Source: Acidobacteriota bacterium
GTDB taxonomy: Bacteria > Acidobacteriota > UBA890 > WLXD01
DNA: 64,000 nt
Direction of reading: 5' to 3'
NCBI GenBank assembly: GCA_965205505.1
Contig: CBDBHB010000009.1
Coordinates: 960,001-1,024,000 of the forward strand
Positions 47,593 to 56,626 of the stretch are shown piece by piece. The notes beneath the pieces were generated by a model. That model had not been told where the DNA came from. It did not search any database and saw only the letters and a list, made by a program, of their open reading frames with translations. Both the position numbers and the translations under genes were made by a program. The first letter of the stretch is position 1, and the number at the start of each line of letters is the position of its first letter.

Positions 47593-49058
47593 CCGGCTGG
47601 CGGGGCGATGAAGCGGTTGACGTGTTCGTCGTCGGGCGGGCTCGTCAGCAGCGACACGACCACCATCGCCACGCTGGACGCCGCCAGGATCACCGCTACA
47701 GCCATGACGCCGCTTCCACCGACCGTGTACGTCCGATCACCCCACCCCTGGTAGAAGAAGTAGCTCCACAGAACGACCACCGTTCCAACGCAGGCAGTCG
47801 CACCCTGCTTGGTGCTGCGTCGCCAAAACAGCGCGCCGATGGCGATCGGTATCAGCGCGGCGAAACCACTGAACGACCAGGTTGCCAGGTCGAAGATGCT
47901 TCGATCGGAGAACAAGAACAGCGTGTAGGTGAACGCCAGGATTCCCGTGACGAACAGCCTTCCCATGAGGATCTGTTGGCGGTCGGTGAGGCGGTCGGCG
48001 TGACCGTAGTGGCGGACGATATCCTCGGTGAACATCGTCCCCAGCGACAACACCTGCGAGTCGAGCGACGACATCACGGCCGCGAACACGCCAGCGGCGA
48101 GGAGCCCGGCGAGCACCCCGGGTGCGTGCAGCGTGATCATCCGCACGAGGATGGAGTTCGATTGCCCGCCGACGAGGCCGGGGAAGTCGAGCCTGCCGGC
48201 GATTCCTAGCAACACCGGCGGGAGCCAGACGGCGGCGATGCACAGCGGATACACTATCACCGTCAGCCGAAAGTTCTCCAGCCGCTTGGCGCTCAGCCAA
48301 TGCATGAACATGTGTGGGAACATTGCCGGCGAGAGCGGGATCAGCGAGTAGGTGAGCCATCGTACCGGGGAAAAGTTGCCTTCTCGCACCAGCAGCTCCG
48401 GCGCCTCTGCCGCGATTCTGCTCATCACCACGCCGACGCCGCCCATGTTGCGAAATACGACGAAGACGGTAGCCGCTCCGAGGATCATGAAGACGATGGT
48501 CTGGAAGGTGTTCACCCAGGCGGTGCCGCGCAGGCCCCCGTAGGTCACGTATGTCATGACGACCAGACAGATCACCAGCCCGCCGATCCACTCGGGGACG
48601 TCTCCCCCGGTAACCTGGTTGAGCGTGACCCCGCCGGCCATGACGCCGATGAGCAGGTAGGGGATCACCAGGCCAACCAGCACCACGAACAGCAACAGAC
48701 CGAGATAATCTGACCCCCAACGATCGCGGAAGAACTGCACCTGAGTAACGTAGCCATGGCGCTTGCCGATCGCCCAAGCGCGCGTGCCGATGAAGAAGAA
48801 GATCGCCGGGATCACCAGGCCGGAGATTGCCGGCATGAAGCCGAACACCCCGATCCCCGCGTGATAGGCTTCGCCCGACGCGCCCAGCAGAGCGAACGCC
48901 GTCATGTTGGTGCCGAACAGCGACATCAACAGAAGGAAGGGCCCGATGCTACGGGTGGCGAGGAAATAATCTTCGCCGGTCTGCTGGAACAGACGGTGGC
49001 TGAAGGCTCCGATCGACAACACCGCTGCCATGTAGACAGCGATGATCGCCAGCGTCAC
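47589..49058 (-). CDS. Sodium:solute symporter family protein
   Basis: About 13 TMs; DYFLA.R, YGGLRGTAW, AAVMSSLDSQ. Confidence 0.92.
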   Translation of the reverse strand: MTLAIIAVYMAAVLSIGAFSHRLFQQTGEDYFLATRSIGPFLLLMSLFGTNMTAFALLGASGEAYHAGIGVFGFMPAISGLVIPAIFFFIGTRAWAIGKRHGYVTQVQFFRDRWGSDYLGLLLFVVLVGLVIPYLLIGVMAGGVTLNQVTGGDVPEWIGGLVICLVVMTYVTYGGLRGTAWVNTFQTIVFMILGAATVFVVFRNMGGVGVVMSRIAAEAPELLVREGNFSPVRWLTYSLIPLSPAMFPHMFMHWLSAKRLENFRLTVIVYPLCIAAVWLPPVLLGIAGRLDFPGLVGGQSNSILVRMITLHAPGVLAGLLAAGVFAAVMSSLDSQVLSLGTMFTEDIVRHYGHADRLTDRQQILMGRLFVTGILAFTYTLFLFSDRSIFDLATWSFSGFAALIPIAIGALFWRRSTKQGATACVGTVVVLWSYFFYQGWGDRTYTVGGSGVMAVAVILAASSVAMVVVSLLTSPPDDEHVNRFIAPPAG

Positions 49059-49282
49059 CGGTGGTCTCCGGAATCATCGATTTCGAGGTGGTGCGGCCAT
49101 GCTTGGGTGACGAGCAGGTACATCACCACCGCCGTCGCCCCCATGTACGCGATGTGGTAGAGCAGCCCCATCGGTAACCCGAAGCGTAGGCGCGCGTCGT
49201 TCCAGAGCCACCAGTCATTGTGGAGCACATAGAGCAGCGCCAATGAGCCGTAGAGTCTCAGCCGATTGCCACTCATGCGCAC
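49055..49282 (-). CDS. Small two-TM SSS accessory protein (DUF3311-like)
   Basis: LHNDWWLW..FGLP.G motif, coupled to the SSS gene. Confidence 0.78.
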   Translation of the reverse strand: MRMSGNRLRLYGSLALLYVLHNDWWLWNDARLRFGLPMGLLYHIAYMGATAVVMYLLVTQAWPHHLEIDDSGDHR

Positions 49283-49334
49283 CTCGTCGGACCGTTCTTC
49301 AATGGGTTGTGGCGTTTGCTGGCTCCGGGCTGCC

Positions 49335-50609
49335 CTAACGCTCGCTGGTAGTTTCCTGGAGTCTGAAGGGCTCGTACGCCGGCAACGCGCAGAACTTCTC
49401 CATCGACTCTAGCAGTCGGCTGAGGTTTTTTCTGTAGACATTGCCGATCAACAGGTTCACCAACTCGTCCTTGACGTCGGGGAACTGTGCCAGAAACTCG
49501 GCGAAGCTGAACTCGTCCGAGTAGAAGGCGTAGACGAGCTTGCGCATCGCTTCGACGCCCTCGAGGAACTCGTTGCCGTGCCGCCCGAGCCGCTCCGCCG
49601 ATAGCTCTGCGTGCTCGAACGCGTCGAGGATCGAGTCGGCGGCGTATTCGGCGCCCTTGAGCGCCAGGAATACCCCTGACGAGTAGATTGGATCGATGAA
49701 GCCGAAAGCGTCGCCTACCATCACCCAGCCGTCGCCCGCCACGCGGTGGCTGGCGTATGAGAAGTCTCTGAGGACTCGGACCTCGTGCAGCTGCTCGGCC
49801 CCCTCGATCCTCTCCAGCAGCGCCGGGCAACCGGCTGCCTCCTCGTCGTAAACGCGTTGGGGGTCCTTGGCGCGGCCCTTCACGAGCCGATCGATTGGTC
49901 CCACCACGCCAGCGCTGACTACTCCGTCCGGCAGCGGGATATACCAGAACCAGGTTCTCGGCTGGCTCGTGTAGAAAATCAGCGTCGCCCCCGCGTCGCG
50001 GCCCTCGCCGCGCCAGCCACCGCTATAACGCGTGTAGAAGGAGCAGTTCATCAGGTTGGGATCCACTTGTCTGAGCTTCAGGCGCTTGGCGAGCATGGCC
50101 GACTGCCCGGTGGCGTCGACCACCACGCCGGCCTCGAGAAGATGCGTCGACCCGTCGGCGAATCGCGCCTCGACACCGCGAGCGCGTTCGCCGTCGAATA
50201 GCACTTCGGTGGTGCGGGCGCGCTCGTGCACTTCCACGCCGTGCTCGCCGGCGTTGTTCAACAGCATTTGGTCGAAGGCACTACGGTCGACTTGCCAGGT
50301 CTGCGCACTCGGCCCCGGTTCGGTCTCGGAGAAGTAAAAGGGCAACGAGCCTTGGCCGTTCTCGGAGAAGAACTGCACTGAGTGCTTCTCGGGAAAGCGG
50401 CTGCACTTCAATTGCTCGAGCACGCCAAGGCGCTCGAGTGTCCAATAGGTGGCCGGCATGAGCGACTCCCCAATGCGAAAGCGGGGGAACTGCTCGCGCT
50501 CGAGAAGTAGCACGCGGAGCCCGCCGTCGGCGGTCAACGTTGCCGTCGCCGACCCAGCCGGGCCCCCGCCCACCACGATGACGTCGTAGGCATCAGCCTT
50601 GGGAGACAT
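49335..50609 (-). CDS. Flavin-dependent halogenase-like FAD oxidoreductase
   Basis: GGGPAG, IGESL, FPEK, WFWYIP (WxWxIP), GDA.GFIDP.YSSG. Confidence 0.85.
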   Translation of the reverse strand: MSPKADAYDVIVVGGGPAGSATATLTADGGLRVLLLEREQFPRFRIGESLMPATYWTLERLGVLEQLKCSRFPEKHSVQFFSENGQGSLPFYFSETEPGPSAQTWQVDRSAFDQMLLNNAGEHGVEVHERARTTEVLFDGERARGVEARFADGSTHLLEAGVVVDATGQSAMLAKRLKLRQVDPNLMNCSFYTRYSGGWRGEGRDAGATLIFYTSQPRTWFWYIPLPDGVVSAGVVGPIDRLVKGRAKDPQRVYDEEAAGCPALLERIEGAEQLHEVRVLRDFSYASHRVAGDGWVMVGDAFGFIDPIYSSGVFLALKGAEYAADSILDAFEHAELSAERLGRHGNEFLEGVEAMRKLVYAFYSDEFSFAEFLAQFPDVKDELVNLLIGNVYRKNLSRLLESMEKFCALPAYEPFRLQETTSER

Positions 50610-52816
50610 CAGAACTCGTAGCCGAGGCGCAAGGTGGCGGCCACCGGGCTCGCCGGGGTGATCGATTGTGACCCGAATCCGCGGACGAAGTATGCCGAGT
50701 CGGTCAGGTTCTGCACGTTGACGCTGACTCGGTAGCGCGACCAGTCGTAGGCCAGGGTGCCCGAGATGGTGAATGCGTGGTCAATGTTGAAGACGTTGTC
50801 CTCGGCGATGAACTGATTGCCGATGTAGCGGCCGCCGAGACTAATGCCCAGCCCATGGCTGAACGTCTTGCTGGCCCATACGTTGATGAGATGCTCCGGC
50901 GCGAACGCCGGGCGGTTGCCGGCATGGTCCACGGTTTGCGCAAACGGCACACCAAGTGGGGTGAAGCCGGTAACGCGCTCGGTGAACTCCGTCAGCTCGG
51001 CGTCGTTGTAGGCGTATGAAACTACCCCACGGAACCCTTGGCCTGGCTCGGCGGCAAGCTCGAGCTCGAAGCCCGAGGAACGTTGATTGCCGATTTGCTG
51101 CGTGAAGCCGTTGTCGTCCGGGATCGCGATGTTGTCGCGCACCAGGCGGTACACCGCGGCGGTCGCTTGCAGGCGCCCGTCGAGCAATCGCAGTTTGAGG
51201 CCGAGCTCCACCTGCTCGCTCTCCTCGGGCTCGAGGTCCTCGAATGTACGGGGCGACGGTGGCGCGAACGAGCGCGAGTAGTTTCCGTAGATCGACACCT
51301 CGTCGTTCGCGGCCCAGGATGCGCCCAGCATCGGCGACAGCTTGCTGTCGTTGCTCGACCGTCCGGTCAGTTGATCGTCGAAGTCGACGCTGTCGAGGCG
51401 GGCGCCGGCGAGAATATACAGTCGCTCGGCGAAGGTGATCTGGTCGATCGCATAGGGGGCGACGACGATGCTGCGCGCGTCGCCCGCACCGATGCTTCCC
51501 AAGGGAAACGGCGGCAAGCCGGGCTCGACCGGATCGAACAGATCAACCGAACCGAGCAGGAAGGCATCGAGCGTGAACTCGTCGGTATAGCGGGACGTCT
51601 CGATACCGGTCAGCAGGCTGTGGTGCACATTGCCGGTATCGAAATCGAGAATTGCCTCGAACTGGCTGCCCAGTACCCTCTGCTGGTCGTCGAGCTGGAT
51701 CTGCGAACGGGCCACTATTGTTCGGCCGGTAGGTACGAACGCCGGCGTGAACTCGGGAAACGCGCCGATCAGCAGTGTGCCGTCCGACAGCCAGTCGAGG
51801 CCACGGTAGTAGAGCTTGCTGCGGATCCGAACCGTATCGCTGAGCCGGCCCTCGTAGTCGAGTTGGAAGCGGTAGATGTTTTGCTCGGACCGATCGCTGG
51901 CGGCGTTGTAGTTGTTCTCCAGCCGCACGGGCGGTATCTCGTTGAACAGTAACGGGATGCCCGCCTCGGGGCTGAAATCAGACCGCGCATACTCAAAGTT
52001 GACGTTGAGCGAGTGGTGGTCAGCGATCTCCCAGGTCAAAGCGGGGTTGAATGCCGTCGCGTTGCTATCGCGGTCGTCCCGGTATCCGGAAGAATCACGT
52101 ACGAGCGCGTTGACGCGGAACGCGACCCGTCCGTCGGCGGTCCCGTGGTTGGCATCGATCGTACCGTCGAACGTCGAGAAGCTGCCACCCGACGTGTTGA
52201 TGCGAAGCCCGTTGACAGCAAGAGGCTGCTTGCGCACCAGGTTGACGGTACCGGCCAAAGGATTGCTGCCGTATAGAAAGCCGCCCGGCCCCTTGAGAAC
52301 CTCGACCAACTCGATGTTGTAGAGCTGATAGAAGGTCGCCTCGGGCTCCGGGGCTCCGTCGGTGAGTATCAGGCTGCTGCTGATCGAATCGAAGCCGCGC
52401 ACCACGAAGAAGTCGTGCACGCCGCCGAACCCGGGTTGCACGTTGATGTTGCTGACGTTGATCAACGCATCACCGAGCACGTTCGCCTGCTGATCGCCGA
52501 ACAGTGCCGCGGTGACGATGCCGACGTTGTTCGGAGTCACGTGAAGCGGCAGCGAGAGCTTCGAGGCGATCGTGTTGGCGCTCGGTACTAGCGGCAGGCT
52601 GCCCTCCACGAAGATGAATTCGGTTGCCTGGAGTGGGAGCTGCTGCGCTGGATCGTCCTGCGGCGGAGACTGGGCGGCAGCGGTCATGGGAACCGCGATG
52701 CTCAGCACACATAGTGTTGTCTTCAAGATTCGCACGATCGGATTCCAAGGTTGGGGATCAACGTCGCCGGCGATAGTGCCCTGAGGCAGCCGTTCTCCGA
52801 GCGAATTTCGGTTCAA
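50609..52816 (-). CDS. TonB-dependent receptor (siderophore-receptor-like)
   Basis: Plug motifs VRGF and VEVLKGP...LYG; beta-barrel; C-terminal YEF; true start may be GTG 52735. Confidence 0.92.
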   Translation of the reverse strand: MNRNSLGERLPQGTIAGDVDPQPWNPIVRILKTTLCVLSIAVPMTAAAQSPPQDDPAQQLPLQATEFIFVEGSLPLVPSANTIASKLSLPLHVTPNNVGIVTAALFGDQQANVLGDALINVSNINVQPGFGGVHDFFVVRGFDSISSSLILTDGAPEPEATFYQLYNIELVEVLKGPGGFLYGSNPLAGTVNLVRKQPLAVNGLRINTSGGSFSTFDGTIDANHGTADGRVAFRVNALVRDSSGYRDDRDSNATAFNPALTWEIADHHSLNVNFEYARSDFSPEAGIPLLFNEIPPVRLENNYNAASDRSEQNIYRFQLDYEGRLSDTVRIRSKLYYRGLDWLSDGTLLIGAFPEFTPAFVPTGRTIVARSQIQLDDQQRVLGSQFEAILDFDTGNVHHSLLTGIETSRYTDEFTLDAFLLGSVDLFDPVEPGLPPFPLGSIGAGDARSIVVAPYAIDQITFAERLYILAGARLDSVDFDDQLTGRSSNDSKLSPMLGASWAANDEVSIYGNYSRSFAPPSPRTFEDLEPEESEQVELGLKLRLLDGRLQATAAVYRLVRDNIAIPDDNGFTQQIGNQRSSGFELELAAEPGQGFRGVVSYAYNDAELTEFTERVTGFTPLGVPFAQTVDHAGNRPAFAPEHLINVWASKTFSHGLGISLGGRYIGNQFIAEDNVFNIDHAFTISGTLAYDWSRYRVSVNVQNLTDSAYFVRGFGSQSITPASPVAATLRLGYEF

Positions 52817-54105
52817 GGAGTCTTCGAATCGGTGATTTCGAGAGCCACGAGCTCCTGTTCGTCACGCAAATAGAGGATTCCATTTGCCAGTGTGGGTGCA
52901 GTCCAGGTCCTGCCTCGGAACACCTGCGCCCGTGATACCTGGAGGTATTCCCCGGGACTGAGCTTGACGAGCGTCAGCGAGCCGCGGTCGCCCAGCACGA
53001 TCAGGTGACCGTCTGCATACAGCAGCGAGCCCTGTCCGTGTCCGCGCGCCCGCCACATTCTCTCACCACGACTCAACTCGATACACTCCAGGATCGAATT
53101 GTCGAAGCCGTAGATGTAGTCGTTGACCAGGACGGAGCTGCTGAATTGGTTCTTCATCTCCCGGGTGCGCCATACAGTTTCCACTCCGAGGCTGTCGCCG
53201 GTGAGGACGCGTAGCAGAGCCGCGCCGACCCCGTAGCCCGAGGAGACGAAGATCTTGTCGGGCGGTACGAAGATCGGCGTTGCCGCGTTGACGCCATATG
53301 TAGTCTCCCATGGCGTGTCCCACAACATTGCGCCGTTATTCGGATCCACGCCCACAATGCGCCGGCCGGTGAAGAATACGGCCTGCTGGCGCCCGCCGAT
53401 CTGCACCACTAGCGGCGTCGAGTAGCCCGGGGGGTCTCCGGCGGCGCGCCAAACTTCCTCGCCGGTGCGCTTGTCGAACGCCAACAGTGCGGCGCCGTGT
53501 CCGCCAGCCTCGACAAGGATGAGATCGCCGAAAACCCGCGGTGAGGTGGAGAACCCCCAATTCGGTCCGGTTGCCCGATACTCCTCACGAAGATCGTGCC
53601 GCCATGCCGTGGCTCCGCTCTCAGCCTCCACAGCGGCCAGCTGCCCTCGTCCGCTGATCACATAGACAAGGCCGCCGTCGACGGTCGGAGTGGAGCGCGG
53701 GCCATCCCCGGAGCTGTTGCGGTACATCTCGTCGATCCGAAGTCGCCAGCGCTCGACGCCAGTAGCCGTATCGAAGGCTCCCAGGTACGTGCCGCCACGC
53801 CCGAACATCGTGAAGGCGTGATCGCCGACGACGGAGACCCCGGAGAAGCCCTTGCCAAGCGGCACTCGCCAGACTTCGCGCGGTCCCGACTCTGGCCAGA
53901 CTTTCAGTAGACCAGTCTGCGGCGAGATGCCATCGGCGTTCGGACCTCGCAGCTGTGGCCAGTCCTGTGTCGCACTCAGCGTCTGTGCGAGAGGCCCGGT
54001 CAAGTGGTTCGCATCGACTCGCCGCAGTGCACCGGTCAATACGATCAGCAGTGCGGCGGCTACGGGCACAATCGCAACCGTGGCGACACCACGAGCCCAG
54101 GCCAC
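52813..54105 (-). CDS. PQQ-binding-like beta-propeller protein
   Basis: DWPQLRGP, GPRSTP, GYSTP, TWTAP. Confidence 0.88.
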   Translation of the reverse strand: MAWARGVATVAIVPVAAALLIVLTGALRRVDANHLTGPLAQTLSATQDWPQLRGPNADGISPQTGLLKVWPESGPREVWRVPLGKGFSGVSVVGDHAFTMFGRGGTYLGAFDTATGVERWRLRIDEMYRNSSGDGPRSTPTVDGGLVYVISGRGQLAAVEAESGATAWRHDLREEYRATGPNWGFSTSPRVFGDLILVEAGGHGAALLAFDKRTGEEVWRAAGDPPGYSTPLVVQIGGRQQAVFFTGRRIVGVDPNNGAMLWDTPWETTYGVNAATPIFVPPDKIFVSSGYGVGAALLRVLTGDSLGVETVWRTREMKNQFSSSVLVNDYIYGFDNSILECIELSRGERMWRARGHGQGSLLYADGHLIVLGDRGSLTLVKLSPGEYLQVSRAQVFRGRTWTAPTLANGILYLRDEQELVALEITDSKTP

Positions 54106-55478
54106 TACGTATACCGAGCGTCGCGATAGCGCTCGGAGTAGAGCTCAGGCAACAGGGCGTCCGCCTGTAGCAATCCCTGGCGAGTCAGCTCGATACCGTC
54201 GTCGGTGATGCGCAGCATCTGGCGCGATTGCAGTCGGCCCCAAGCTGCGGCGAAGTGCTCGACAACGTCGACGTTGAACTTATCCACGAAGTGCTTCCGG
54301 GCGAGGGCTCCGGTCTTGAGCTGTAGGATCGTCTCCCGGATCAGGCGGTCTTCGGGGCTCGTGACAAAGGCGCGCTCGAGCGGGAGCTCGTCGTTGCCTA
54401 CCGCTTCGAGGTACTCGGACCAGCTCGCAGTGTTCTGCACGTGGACTCCGCTCAAATGACCGAACGAGGAAACCCCGGTGCCCAACATGTCTGCGCCGTG
54501 CCACAGCGCGTCGCGGTAGACGAAATCGCAGCGCTTGTCGGCGCGCACCATCGTGTAGGCGCTAGATATCTCGAACCCGGCGGTCTCGAGCTGCTGGATG
54601 GCGTAGTCGTGCCACTCGCGCTTCAGCGCCCAGTCGGCCAGCGGCACTTCGAGCCTGCCCTCCAGGAACTGCTTCGAGAAGCGCGTGTTGTAGGGCAGCT
54701 CCATCTGATACACGGTCACCGAATCCGGGTGTGTATCGATCGCCTGTTGCACGCTGTCGCGCCAGGTTTCCCACGTCTCGCCGACCATGCCGGCGATCAG
54801 GTCGATGTTGAGTTGATCGAACGCCAGATCGCGGATCCACGGCAGCACCCGAAAGATCTCCTTGCTCATGTGGGCGCGTCCGTTCAATTGCAGAATCTCG
54901 TCGTCAAAGTTTTCCACGCCTAGGCTCAGCCGGGTGATCCCGAGCTCGCGCACGGTCTCGAGCTTGGTCTGGGTGAGGGTGCCCGGCTCGCATTCGAAGG
55001 TGACTTCATCGACGTTGTCCCAGGGCAGTGCCGCGCGCAGCCGGGCCACCAGGCCGCGAAGGTGCTTTGCGGCTATGTAGGACGGGGTGCCGCCGCCGAA
55101 ATACACGAACCGCAACGGGCGCCCGACGATCGCCGGCGCCCTGGCGTAGCGATCGATCTCACGGGCGAGCGCATCGCAGTAGACCTCGACCTCATCGGCG
55201 TTCTTGTCGGTATAGACGCGGAAGTAGCAGAACTTGCACCGCTTTCGACAGAACGGGATGTGGAGATAGAGCCCCAGCGGGGGGGCGTCACCGGCCGCCG
55301 GAGTATCGAGCACCTGTCGGTACTTCGGCAACTGGTCGGCCGTCCATTGTGAGAACGGCGGATAGTTGGATACGAAGACGCTGCCGACGCCGGTCGTTTC
55401 TCGCTGCGTCCGTGACGTTGCGGGCTCGGGGTGAAACTCGGGAGAAGAGTCGGCTTCTGGCAGCGCGTCCTGGCCCAT
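54105..55478 (-). CDS. HemN-like (class C) radical SAM enzyme, probably not HemN/HemW
   Basis: YLHIPFCRKRCKFC, YFGGGTPS, RLSLGV, NIDLI.G. Confidence 0.9.
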   Translation of the reverse strand: MGQDALPEADSSPEFHPEPATSRTQRETTGVGSVFVSNYPPFSQWTADQLPKYRQVLDTPAAGDAPPLGLYLHIPFCRKRCKFCYFRVYTDKNADEVEVYCDALAREIDRYARAPAIVGRPLRFVYFGGGTPSYIAAKHLRGLVARLRAALPWDNVDEVTFECEPGTLTQTKLETVRELGITRLSLGVENFDDEILQLNGRAHMSKEIFRVLPWIRDLAFDQLNIDLIAGMVGETWETWRDSVQQAIDTHPDSVTVYQMELPYNTRFSKQFLEGRLEVPLADWALKREWHDYAIQQLETAGFEISSAYTMVRADKRCDFVYRDALWHGADMLGTGVSSFGHLSGVHVQNTASWSEYLEAVGNDELPLERAFVTSPEDRLIRETILQLKTGALARKHFVDKFNVDVVEHFAAAWGRLQSRQMLRITDDGIELTRQGLLQADALLPELYSERYRDARYT

Positions 55479-55483
55479 TGATC

Positions 55484-56626
55484 TCAACCGAAGCAGTAGA
55501 GGTCGCCGTCCTCCGTCCCGATTACGAGGCGCCCCGAGGCCAGGCTTGGCGACGCGACGATCGACGACCCAGTTTCAAATTGCCACACAACCGCCCCGGA
55601 CTGTGCGTCGAGCGCCACCAGGTCACCGGAGCTTCCGCCCACGAATACCCGATCACCGACGATGACCGGTGACGAGTCGACGCGTGCACCGCTCGAGTGG
55701 GTCCATAGTGCCGCGCCCGTCGCCGGGTCGATCCCGTGCACCATCTTGTCGCGTCCGCCCACGACCAGTAGCTCATCGGTAACCGCGGCGGAGGAATAGA
55801 ACGGGAACTTGCGCTTAGGGTGCTCATAGGCCCATCGTCGCTCGCCCGCCAGGGTCACCGCGAGCACCTGGTTCTCGTAGGTGCCGAAATAGGCTACGCC
55901 TTCGCGAATGGCTGGGCTCGCCGCGACGTATGCACCGATCTCGATGCTACCGAGCAATACGCCGTCCTTCAGCGCGATGAGTCGCAGCACGCCGTCGCAT
56001 CCGACCGAGATCACCGTGCCGTCGACGATTGCCGGCGTCCCGTTTATGTAGCCGCCGGTCTCGATGCTCCAGACAAGCTTGCCGTCTGCGGCCGCCACGG
56101 CGTAGAGGTGGTTGTCGTAAGACCCGAAGACCAACAGCCCGTCAGCATAATTGGCAGCCGAGACGATGCCACCGCCGGTCTGGTACGACCATTGCTCGCT
56201 GCCGCTCTCGACGTCGAGCGCGTAGAACGTACCCGACTCGTCGCCGAAGTAGACCGTGTTGCCGAAGATCGAGGGCGAAGATCTCACCTCGCTGCCAGTC
56301 TCGAATCGCCACAGCTCGGCGCCGCTGTCGAGATCCAGCGCATAGAGGCGACCATCGAGTGAGCCGACGAAAACTCGACCATCGGCGATTGCGGCGCTCG
56401 ACTCGATGCTGTCCTCTGCTGAAAAGACCCACCGGGGCTCCGGTGCCGCCGGCAACTCGATGTTGGCCGTGCCGGTGAGCGCCGCGTTGCCGCGGAACAC
56501 ACGCCACGCGTTGTCGACCCGGCCGTGCGCGACGCCGGTGGCGACGACGACGGTACAGATCGCGCCTATCCCACCCACCATGCGCCGGTGGCGGGCTCGA
56601 ACCGTGCTCTCAGTACGCCGATTCAT
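55484..56626 (-). CDS. PQQ-binding-like (BamB-like) beta-propeller protein
   Basis: Signal peptide; about eight regular SSP..GxxDG.LYA blades. Confidence 0.9.
   Translation of the reverse strand: MNRRTESTVRARHRRMVGGIGAICTVVVATGVAHGRVDNAWRVFRGNAALTGTANIELPAAPEPRWVFSAEDSIESSAAIADGRVFVGSLDGRLYALDLDSGAELWRFETGSEVRSSPSIFGNTVYFGDESGTFYALDVESGSEQWSYQTGGGIVSAANYADGLLVFGSYDNHLYAVAAADGKLVWSIETGGYINGTPAIVDGTVISVGCDGVLRLIALKDGVLLGSIEIGAYVAASPAIREGVAYFGTYENQVLAVTLAGERRWAYEHPKRKFPFYSSAAVTDELLVVGGRDKMVHGIDPATGAALWTHSSGARVDSSPVIVGDRVFVGGSSGDLVALDAQSGAVVWQFETGSSIVASPSLASGRLVIGTEDGDLYCFG

Noticed and set aside
54105-55478. Calling the radical SAM gene hemN or hemW
   Set aside because: Diagnostic motifs are absent and the context is not heme biosynthesis or the usual hemW locus
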